From assembly GCF_009914755.1 (NCBI RefSeq), contig NC_060936.1: 64,000 nucleotides of DNA, one strand, 5' to 3'. The position numbers were made by a program, and so were the translations under genes. The notes beneath the pieces were generated by a model. It had not been told where the DNA came from. It ran no database searches and was given only the letters and a program-made list of their open reading frames with translations. Source of the stretch: the human T2T-CHM13v2.0 reference genome, Homo sapiens. Shown piece by piece: positions 33,807-64,000 of this stretch; positions within the stretch are counted from its first letter, which is position 1; every line of letters starts with the position of its first letter.

Positions 33807-34820
33807 ATGGGGAAAAAACAGAGCAGAAAAACTGGAAACTCAAAAAATCATAGCCCTTCTCTTCCTACAAAGGAGCTCAGCTCCTCACCAGCAATGGAAA
33901 AAAGCTGGATGGAGAATGACTGATGAGTTGAGAGAAGAAGGCTTCAGATGATCAAACTACTCTGAGCTACAGGAGGAGATTCCAACCAACGGCAAAGAAG
34001 TTAAAAACTTTGAAAAAAATTAGAAGAATTGATAACTAGAATAGCCAACGCATAGAAGTCCTTAAAGGACCTGATGGAGCTGAAAACCAAGGCACAAGAA
34101 CTACGTGACAAATGCAGAAGCCTCAGTAGCTGGTGCAATCAACTGGAAGAAAAGGTATTAGCGATGGAAGATGAAATGAATGAAATGAAGTGAGAAGAGA
34201 AGTTTAGAGAAAAAAGAATAAAAAGAAATGAAAAAAGCTTCCAAGAAATATGGGACTATGTGAAAAGACCAAATCTACATCAGATTGGTGTACATGAAAG
34301 TGACAGGGAGAATAGAACCAAATTGGAAAACACTCTGCAGGATATTATCCAGGGGAATTTCCTTAATCTAGCAAGGCAGGCCAACATTCAAATTCAGGAA
34401 ATACAGAGAACCCCACAAAGGTAATCCTGGAGAAGAGCAACTCCAGGATACATAATTGTCAGATTCACCAAATTTGAAATGAAGGAAAACATGTTAAGGG
34501 CAGCCAGAGAGAAAGGTCGGGTTACCCACAAAGGGAAGCCCATCAGACTAATAGTGGATCTCACAGCAGAAACTCTGCAAGACAGAAGAGAGTGGGGACC
34601 AATATTCAACATTCTTAAAGAAAAGAATTTTCAGCACAGAATTTCATATCCAGCAAAACTAAGCTTCATAAGTGAAGGAGAAATAAAATCCTTTACAGAC
34701 AAACAAATGCTGAGAGATTTTGTCACCACCAGGCCTGCCCTAAAAGAGATCCTGAAGGAAGCACTAAACATGGAAAGGATCAACTGCTACCAGCCACTGC
34801 AAAAACATGCCAAATTGTAA
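33807..34820 (+). pseudogene. L1 ORF1, disrupted
   Basis: ATGGGGAAAAAACAGAGC start; only the C-terminal 113 aa remain open (34479-34820); indels and stops upstream. Confidence 0.92.
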
Positions 34821-34883
34821 AGACCATCAAGGCTAGGAAGAAACTGAATCAACTAAAGAGCAAAATAACCAGCTAACATCATA

Positions 34884-38707
<3,824 letters not shown>

Positions 38708-38926
38708 ACAATGAGAACACATGGACACAGGAAGGGGAACATCTCACACTGGGGACAGTTGTGGGGTGGGGGTAGGGGGAAGGGATAGCATTAGGAGATA
38801 TACCTAATGCTAAGTGACAGGTTAGTGGGTGCAGCACACCAACATTGCACATGTATGCATATGTAACAAACCTGCACATTGTGCACATGTACCCTAAAAC
38901 TTAAAGTATAATAAAAATAAAATAAA

Positions 38927-55221
<16,295 letters not shown>

Positions 55222-58200
55222 AAAAACTTCTTTTTAATGTGTGCATTCATCTCACAGAGTTCAAACATTCTTTAGATCGAGCACTTTCTGCAAACGGAGA
55301 TTAGGGAGTGCTTTGAGGCCTATGGTGGAATAAGAAATATCTTCACATAAAAACTGGACAGAAGCATTCTGAAAATCTTCTCTGTGATGTGTGCATTCAT
55401 CTCAGAGAGTTGAACCATAGTTTTGATTGAGCAGTTTGGAAAAAGTCTTTTTGTAGATTCCACAAAGGGATATTTTGGAGCTTGTTGAGGCCTATGGTGA
55501 AAAATGAAATATCCTCACATAAAAACTAGAAAGAAGCTTTCTGAGAAAGTGCGTTCTGATGCGTGCATTCATCTCACAGAGGTAAACGTTTCTTTTCATT
55601 GAGCAGTTTGTAAACTCTGTTCTTCAAGAATCTGCAAAGGGATATTTGTGAGCACATTGAGGCCTACGCTAAAAAAGGAAATATCTTCAAATAAAAACTA
55701 GAAAGAATCTTTCTGAGAAACTACTTTGTGATGTGTGCATTCATCTCAGAGAAGTAAAAGTTTCTTTTCAGAGAAGTAAAAGTTTCTTTTCATTGAGCAG
55801 TTTGGAAAGTCTGTTCTTCTAGAACTTGCAAAAGGATATTTTGGAGTGCTTTGAGGCCTATAGTGAAAAAGGAAATATCATCACATAGAAACTAGACAAA
55901 AGCTTTCTGAGAAACTCCTTTGTGATGTGTGGACTCATCTCACAGAGTTGAACCATTCTTTTGATTGAGCAGTTTAGAAACAGTCTTTTTGTAGAATCTG
56001 AAAAGGGATATTTGTGAGTGCTTTGAGGACTACAGTGAAAAAGGAAATATCTTCACATGAAAAGGAGAAAGAAGCTTTATGAGAAACTACTGTGTGATGT
56101 GTACATTCATCTCACCAAGGTAAACGTTTCTTTTCATTGAGCAGTTTGGAAACTCTGTTCTTCTAGGATCTCCAAAGGGATATTTTTGAGCACTTTTAGG
56201 CCGGTGGCAAAAAAAGAAATATCTTCACATAAAAACTAGACAGAAGCTTTCTGAGAAACTTCTTTGGGATGTGTGCATTCATCTCACAGAATTGAACCAT
56301 TCTTTAGATTGACCAGTTTGGAAACAATCTTTTTGTAGAATCTGTGAAGGGATATTTGGGAGTGCTTTGAGGTTTATGGTGGAAAAGGAAATATCTTCAC
56401 ATGAAAACTAGAAAGAAGAATCAGAGAACCTTCTTTGTGATTTGGGCTTTCATCTCACCGAATTGAAACATATTTTTGACAGGGGAGTTTTGAAACAGGC
56501 TGTTTGTAGTATCTGCAAAGGGATATATGAGAGCATGTTGAATCCAATGGTGAAACAGGAAATATATTCACATAAAAATTACACAGAAGCTTTCTGTGGA
56601 ACTTCTTTGTGATGAGTCCTTTCATCTCACAGAGTTGAAACCATTCCGTGATTGAGTATTTTGGAAACAGTCTTTTTGTACAATCTGCAAGGGGATATTG
56701 GGAGCTCTTTCAGACCTAAGCTGAAAAAGGTAATATCTTCACAAAAAAACTAGACAGAAGCTTCCTGAGAAACTGCTGTGTGATGCATGCATTCATCTCA
56801 TAGATGTAATGGTTTCTTTTAATTGAGCAGTTTGGAAACTGTTGTCCTAGAGTCTGAAAATGGATTTTTGGGAACATGTTGGGGCCTGTTGTGAAAAGTT
56901 AATATCTTCACATAAAAACCAGACAGAAGCTTTCTGGGAAACTTCTTTCTGATGTGTGCATTCATCTCACAGAGTTGAACCATTATTTTGATATAGCAGT
57001 TTGGAAACAGTCTTTTTGTTGAATCTGCAAAGGCATATTCAAGAGTGCACTGGGGCCTATGGTGAAAAAGGAAATATATTCACATAATAACTAGAAAGAC
57101 GCTTTCAGAGAAACTTCTTTTTGATGACTGCATTCATCTCAGAGGTAAACTTTTCTTATCAGTTAGCAGTTTGGAAACTCTGTTCCTCTAGACTCTGAAA
57201 AAGGATATTTGTGAGCACTTTGAGACCTATGGTGAAAAAAAGGAATACTTTACATAAAAACTAGACAGAAGCTTCCTGAAAAACTTTTTTTGTGAGGTGT
57301 GAATTCTTCTCACAGAGCTGAATCATTCTTTCTATTGAGCAGTTTGGAAAGAGTCTTTTTGTAGAATCTGTAAAGGTATATTTGGGAGTGGGTTAAGGCC
57401 TACAGTGAAAAAGGAAATATCTTCACATAAAAACTAGAAAGAAGCTTTCTGATAAACTGTTTTCTGAGGAGTGCATTCATCTAACACAGGTCAACTTTTC
57501 ATTTAGCCATTTGGAAACTCTGTTCTTCTAAAATCTACAAAGGGATATCTGTTAGCTCTTTGAGACCTAAGGTTCAATAAGAAATATCTTCACATAAGAA
57601 CTAGACAGAAGCTTTCTGATAAACTTCTTTGTGATGCGTGCATTCATCTCACAGATTTGAACCATTGTATTGATTGACTAGTATGGAAACAGTCTTTTTG
57701 AAGAATCTGCACATGGATATTTGGGAGTGTGTTGAGGCGTATAGTTAAAAAGGAAATATCTTCTCATTAAAACTAGAGAGAAGCTTTCTGAGAAACTACT
57801 TTGTGATGTGTGCATTCATCTGAAAAAGTTGAACGTTTCTTTTCATTTATTAGTTTGGAATCTGTGTTCTTCTAGAGTCTGCAAAGAGATATTTGTGAGT
57901 GCTTTGATGGCTATGGTGAAAAGGAAGTATCGTGATGTAAAAACTAGACAGAAGCTTTCTGAGAAACTTATTTGTGATGAGTGCATTCATCTCACAGAGG
58001 TGAACCATTTTCTGATTGAACAGTTTGGAAACAGTCTTTTTTAGAAATGGCAAAATTATACTGGTGAGTGCTTTGAGGCCTATGGTGAAAAAGCAAATAT
58101 CTTCACATAAAAACTGGAAAGAAGCTTTCTCAGAAACTGCTTTGTGACCTGTGCATTCATCTGACAGAGGTAAACGTTTCTTTTCAATGAGCAGTTTGGA

Positions 58201-59583
58201 AAATCTGTTGTTCTAGCATCTTCAAAGGGATGTTTGTGAGTGCTTTGATTCCTATGGTGATTTAGGAAATATCTTCACATAAAAACTAGACAGAAGCTGT
58301 CTGAGAATCTTCAATGTGATGTGTGCATTTATTTGGCAGAGTTGAACCATTCTTTCATTTGAGCAGTTTGGAAACAGACTTTTTGTAGAATCTACAAAGG
58401 AATATTTGGGAGCACTTTGAGGCCTATGGTGAAAAAGGAAGTATCCTCTCTTAAAAATTAGAAAGAAGCTTTCTGAGAAACTAGTTTGTGATATGGACAT
58501 TCATCTCACAGAGGTAAAGTTTTATTTTTATTGAGCAGCTTGGAAACTCTGTTTTTCTAGAATCTGCAAAGGGATATTTATGAGCACTTTCAGGCCTATG
58601 GTGAAAAAGTAAATGTCTTCACATAAAAGTAGAAAGAAACTTACTGAAAACTTCTTTGTGATGTGTGCATTCATCTCACAGGGTTGAACCATTCTTTTGA
58701 TTGAGCATTTTGGAAACCCTATTTTGTAGAATCTGCAAAGGGATAATTGTGAGCACTTTGAGCCTATGGTGAAAAAGGAAATATCTTCACATAAAAAGTA
58801 GAAAGAAGTGTTCTGAGAAACTTATTTGTGATCTGTGCATTCATCTCGCTTAAGTAAACGTTTATTTTCTTGGAACAGTTTGGAAATTTTTTTCTTCTAG
58901 AAGCTGCAGAGGGGTAGTTTTGAGCACTTTGAGGCCTAAGGTGAAAAGTAAATATCTTCACATGAAAACTAGGCAGAAACTTTCTGAGAAACTTCTTCAT
59001 GACATGTGCATTCATCTCATAGAGTTGAACCATTCTTTTGACTGAGCAGTTTGGAAATCGTCTTTTTGTAAGATCTACAAAGGGATATTTGGAAGCCCTT
59101 AGAGGCTTATGATGAAAAAGGAAATGTCTTCACATAAAAACTACACACAATCTTTCTGAGAAAATGCTTTGTAATGTTTGCATTCATCTCATAGATGTAA
59201 ACGTTTCTTTTCATTAAGCTGTTTGGAATCTTTGTTCCTCTGGGATCTGCAAAGCAATATTTGTCAGCACTTTGAATCCAAGTGTGAAAAAGGAAATATC
59301 TTCACATAAAAACTAGACAGAAAGTTTCTGAGGAACTTATTTGTGATGTGTGCATTCCTCTGACAGTGCCGAACAGTTCTTTTGTTTGAGAAGTTTGGAA
59401 ACAGTCTTTTTGTAGAATCTACAAAGGTATATTTTGGAGCACTTTGAGGCCTATGGTGAGAAAGGAAATATCTTCATATGAAACCTAGAAAGAAGCTTTC
59501 TGAGAAACTGTTTTATGATGTGTGCATTCATCTCACAGAGTTAAACATTTCTTTTGATTGAGCAGTTTGGAAACTCTGTTCTT
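55222..59583. repeat. Alpha satellite, two-class array, strictly dimeric from ~56.8 kb (segment 6)
   Basis: Alternation of ...AAACTCTGTTCTT... and ...AAACAGTCTTTTT... monomers. Confidence 0.95.
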
Positions 59584-61809
59584 TTTTTTTTTTTAATTTA
59601 TTTTTTTATTGATAATTCTTGGCTGTTTCTCACAGAGGGGGATTTGGCAGGGTCATGGGACAATAGTGGAGGGAAGGTCAGCAGATAAACAAGTGAACAA
59701 AGGTCTCTGGTTTTCCTAGGCAGAGGACCCTGCAGCCTTCCGCAGTGTTTGTGTCCCTGATTACTTGAGATTAGGGAGTGGTGATGACTCTTAACGAGCA
59801 TGCTGCTTTCAAGCATCTGTTTAACAAAGCACATCTTGCACCGCCCTTAATCCATTTAACCCTGAGTGGACACAGCACATGTTTCAGAGAGCACAGGGTT
59901 GGGGGTAAGGATCCCAAGGCAGAGGAATTTTTCTTAGTGCAGAACAAAATGAAAAGTCTCCCATGTCTACTTCTTTCTACACAGACACGGCAACCATCCG
60001 ATTTCTCAATCTTTTCCCCACCTTTCCCGCCTTTCTATTCCACAAAGCCGCCATTGTCATCCTGGCCCGTTCTCAATGAGCTGTTGGGCACACCTCCCAG
60101 ACGGGGTGGTGGCCAGGCAGAGGGGCTCCTCACCTCCCAGTAGGGGCGGCCTGGCAGAGGCGCCCCTCACCTCCCGGACGGGGCGGCTGGCCGGGCGGGG
60201 GGCTGAACCCCCACCTCCCTCCCGGACGGGGCGGCTGGCCGGGCAGAGGGGCTCCTCACTTCCCAGTAGGGGTGGCCGGGCAGAGGCGCCCCTCACCTCC
60301 CGGACGGGGCGGCTGGCCGGGCGGGGGGGCTGACCCCCCCCCACCTCCCTCCCGGACGGGGCGGCTGGCCAGGCGGGGGGCTGAACCCCCACCTCCCTCC
60401 CGGACGGGGCGGCTGGCCGGGCGGGGGGCTGACACCCCCAACTCCCTCCCGGACCGGGCGGCTGGCCGGGCTGAGGGGCTCCTCACTTCCCAGTAGGGGC
60501 GGCCGGGCAGAGGCGCCCCTCACCTCCCAGACGGGGCGGCTGGCCGGGCGGAGGGCTGACACCCCCACCTCCCTCCCGGACGGGGCGGCTGGCCAGGCGG
60601 TGGGGCTGACCCCCCATCTCCCTCCCGGACGGGGTGGCTGGCCGGGTGGGGGGGCTGACCCCCCCATCTCCCTCCCGGACGGGGCGGCTGGCCGGGCCGA
60701 GGGGCTCCTCACTTCCCAGTAGGGGCGGCCGGGCAGAGGCGCCCCTCACCTCCCGGACGGGGCGGCTGGCCGGGCGGGGGGCTGACCCCCCCCACCTCCC
60801 TCCCGGACGGCACGGCTGGCCGGGCGGGGGGGCTGACCGCCCACCTCCCTCCCGGATGGGGCGGCTGGCCGGGAGGGGGGCTGACCCCCCCCACCTCCCT
60901 CCTGGACAGGGTGGCTGCCGGGCGGAGACGCTCCTCACTTCCCAGATGGGGTGGCTGCCGGGCGGAGAGGCTCCTCACTTCTCAGATGGGGCAGCTGCCG
61001 GGCGGAGGGGCTCCTCACTTCTCAGACGGGGTGGTTGCCAGGCAGAGGGTCTCCTCACTTCTCAGACGGGGCGGCCGGGCAGAGACGCTCCTCACCTCCC
61101 AGACGGGGTCTCGGCCGGGCTGAGGCGCTCCTCACATCCCAGATGGGGCGGCGGGGCAGAGGCGCTCCCCACATCTCAGACGATGGGCGGCCGGGCAGAG
61201 ATGCTCCTCACTTCCTAGATGTGATGGCGGCTGGGAAGAGGCGCTCCTCACTTCCTAGATGGGATGGCGGCCGGGCGGAGACGCTCCTCACTTTCCAGAC
61301 TGGGCAGCCAGGCAGAGGGGCTCCTCACATCCCAGATGATGGGCGGCCAGGCAGAGACACTCCTCACTTCCCAGACGGGGTGGCGGCCGGGCAGAGGCTG
61401 CAATCTCGGCACTTTGGGAGGCCAAGGCAGGCGGCTGGGAGGTGTAGGTTGTAGTGAGCCAAGATCACGCCACTGCACTCCAGCCTGGGCACCATTGAGC
61501 ACTGAGTGAACGAGACTCCGTCTGCAATCCCGGCACCTCGGGAGGCCGAGGTTGGCGGATCACTCGCGGTTAGGGGCTGGAGACCGGCCCGGCCAACACA
61601 GAGAAACCCCGTCTCCACCAAAACCAGTCAGGAGTCGCGGCGCGTGCCTGCAATCGCAGGCATTCGGCAGACTGAGGCAGGAGAATCAGGCAGGGAGGTT
61701 GCAGTGAGCCGAGATGGCAGCAGTACAGTCCAGCTTCGGCTCCGCATGAGAGGGAGACCGTGGAGACGGAGAGGGAGAGGGAGAGGGAGAGGGAGAGGGA
61801 GAGGGAGAC
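59584..61809 (-). mobile_element. SVA retrotransposon, full length, SVA_F-like (human-specific)
   Basis: On the minus strand: (CCCTCT)n hexamer ~61769-61809, Alu-like region ~61395-61765, GC-rich VNTR ~60095-61394, SINE-R ~59605-60094, poly(A); perfect 15-bp TSD GGAAACTCTGTTCTT at 59569-59583 and 61810-61824; SINE-R variants GATAATTCTT, GTCATGGGAC, CCCTGATTAC, TTAGTGCAG, AAAGCCGCC and GGGCACACC match recalled SVA_F. Confidence 0.95.
60095..61394. repeat. SVA VNTR (~35-50-bp GC-rich units), CpG-dense and G-run rich
   Basis: Repeated CCTCCCTCCCGGACGGGGCGGCTGGCCGGGCGGGGGGCTGACCCCCC and GCTCCTCACTTCCCAGACGGGG units. Confidence 0.95.
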
Positions 61810-64000
61810 GGAAACTCTGTTCTTGTAGAATCTGCAAAGGGATATTTTGGAGAACTTTGAGGCCTATGGTTAAAAAGGAAATATCTTCGCATAAAAACTA
61901 GACAGAAGCACTCTGAGAAACTTCTTTTTGGTGTGTGCATTCGTCTCACAGAGTTGAACCATCTTTTTGATTGAGCAGTTTGGAAACAGTCTTTTTGTAG
62001 AATACACAAACAGATATTTATGAGTGCTTTGAAGTCTATGGTGGAAAAGGAAATATCTTCACATAAAAACTAGAAGGATGCTTTCTGAGAGAATGCTTTG
62101 TAATGTGTGCATTCATCTCACAGAGTTTGACCATTCTTTTGATGGAGCCGTTTGGAACCACTTTTTTTTAGAATCTGCAAAGGGATATTTGGGAGCCCTT
62201 TGAGTCTTATGGTGGGAAAGGAAATACGCTCACATAAAAATTAGAAAGGAGATTTCTGAGAAACTGCTTTGTGATATGTGTATTCATCTCACAGAGTTAA
62301 AACTTTCTTTTGATGGAATATTTTGGAAACACCGTTTTTGTAGAATCTGCAAATGGATATTTCCAAGCGCTTTCAGGCCCGTGGTGAAAAAGGAAGTATC
62401 TTCAACTAAAAACTCGACTGAAACTTTCTGAGAAACTGCTTCATGATGTGTGCATTCCTCTCACAGAATTGAACCATTCTTTTGACTGAGCAGTTTGGAA
62501 CCACTGTTTTCCTAGAATCTGCAAAGGGATATTTGTAAGCACTTTGAGGTCTCTGGTGAAAAAGGAAATATCCTCACATAAAAACTAGAAAGGAGCTTTC
62601 TTAGAAACTTCTTTGTTATCTATGCATTTATCTCACAGAATTCAACCATTCTTTTGATTGAGCAGTTTGGAAACACAGTGTTTGAAGGATCTGCAAAGGG
62701 ATATTTGTATTCACCTTGAGGCCTATAAGGAAAAAGGAAATACCTTCTGATACAAACTAGACAGAAACTTTCTGAGAGATGACTTTGTGATGTGTGCATT
62801 CGTCACACGGAGTTAAACATTTCTTTTTATTGAGCATTTTGTAAACTCTTCTAGAATCTGCAAAGGGCTATTTGTTAGTGCATTGAGGCCTACGGTGAAA
62901 AAGGAAATATCTTCCGATACAAACTAGAAACAGATTTTCTGAGAAACTGCTTTGTGGTGTGTGCATTTACATCACAAAGTTGAACCATTCTTTTGATTTG
63001 AGCAGTTTGGAAACAGAGTGTTTGTAGAATATGCAAAGGGATATTTGGATTTGCATGGAGACCTGTGTTTAAAAAGGAAATACCTTCCAATACAAGCTAG
63101 ACTGAAGCTTTCTAAGAGAATGTTTTGTAATGTGTACATTCATCCCACAGAGTTAAACTTTTTTTTTTCATTGAGCAGTTTGGAAACTCTGATCTTCCAG
63201 AATCTCCAAAGGGATATTTGGGAGCATATTAAGGCCTATGGTGAAAAAGGAAATGTCTTCCAATACAAACTAGAAAGAGAGTTTCTGAGGAACTGCTTTG
63301 TGATGTGTGCATTCATCTCAAGGAGTTGAACCATTGTTTTGGTTAAGCAGTTTGGAAATACAGTGTTTGTAGAATATGTGAAGGGATATTTGGATTCCCA
63401 TGGAGGCCTGTAGTGAAAAAGGAAATATCTTCTGATACAAGCTAATCAGAAGCTTTCTAAGAGAATGCTTTGTAAAATGTGCATTCATCCAACAGAGTTA
63501 AATGTTTCTTTTCATTGAGCAGTTTGTAAACTCTGTTATTCCAGAATCTCCAAAGGGATATTTGGGAGCGCATTGAGGCCTATGGTGAAAAAGGAAATAT
63601 CTTCTGATACAAACTAGAAAGAGAGTTTCTGAGGAACTTCTTTGTATGTGTGCATTCATCTCAAGGAGTTGAACCATTCTTTTGGTTGAGCAGTTTGGAA
63701 ACACAGTGTTTGTAGAATCTTTGAAGGGATATTTTGATTCGCATGGAGGCCAGTGGTGAAAAAGGAAATATCTTCTGAAACAAACTAGACACAAGATTTC
63801 TGAGAGACTGCTTTGTGATGTGTGCATTCATCTCACAGAGTTGAACCATTCTTTGATGGAGCAGTCTGTTTTTGTAGAATCTGCAAAGCTATATTTTAGA
63901 GCCCTTTGAGTCTTATGGTGAGAAAGGAAATATACTCACATAAAAACTTGAAAGGACCTTGCTGATAAACTTCTTTATGATATGTGCCTTCATCTCAAAG
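61810..64000. repeat. Alpha satellite (segment 7) with a locally amplified dimer variant at ~62.67-63.85 kb
   Basis: 171-bp periodicity; seven consecutive monomers carry TC(T/C)(G/A)ATACAA(A/G)CTA-like sequence in place of TCACATAAAAACTA. Confidence 0.95.

Noticed and set aside
61805-61812. Possible untemplated 5' G (cap reverse transcription) at the SVA start
   Set aside because: Equally explained by the CCGTCT hexamer variant also present at ~61764-61769; cannot be decided from the sequence
59598-62009. Overlapping Pro/Gly/Arg-rich ORFs on both strands
   Set aside because: Artefact of the stop-poor, GC-rich SVA VNTR and hexamer

Overview
Human pericentromeric DNA with no intact protein-coding, rRNA or tRNA genes. 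The backbone is ~47 kb of head-to-tail, single-orientation, diverged ~171-bp alpha-satellite. Monomers are A-type (pJalpha-box-like CTATGGTGAAAAAGGAA; no CENP-B box found by eye), i.e. an inactive 'monomeric/divergent' layer rather than a live HOR array. Six L1-machinery insertions interrupt it, each with a recognisable target-site duplication (TSD): a full-length L1PA3-like element (7576-13509, +), a 5'-truncated and 5'-inverted (twin-primed) L1PA2-like element (23090-25100), an AluYb8 (30815-31128, -), a full-length L1PA4-like element (32776-38926, +), an older AluY (54924-55221, -) and a full-length SVA_F-like element (59584-61809, -). AluYb8 and SVA_F are human-specific, which is the basis for calling the sequence human. 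Every ORF in the track is a satellite, Alu or SVA artefact or a fragment of a dead L1 ORF1/ORF2. I see no evidence of a new gene system. The most interesting signals are structural: a templated-insertion/fold-back repair scar at ~2366-2490, fossil multi-monomer duplications (5-, 10-, ~11-, 15- and 16-monomer offsets), a switch from one monomer class to a strict two-monomer alternation, and insertion sites clustering in one part of the monomer. Subfamily calls rest on recalled consensus diagnostics and should be confirmed with RepeatMasker/Dfam.
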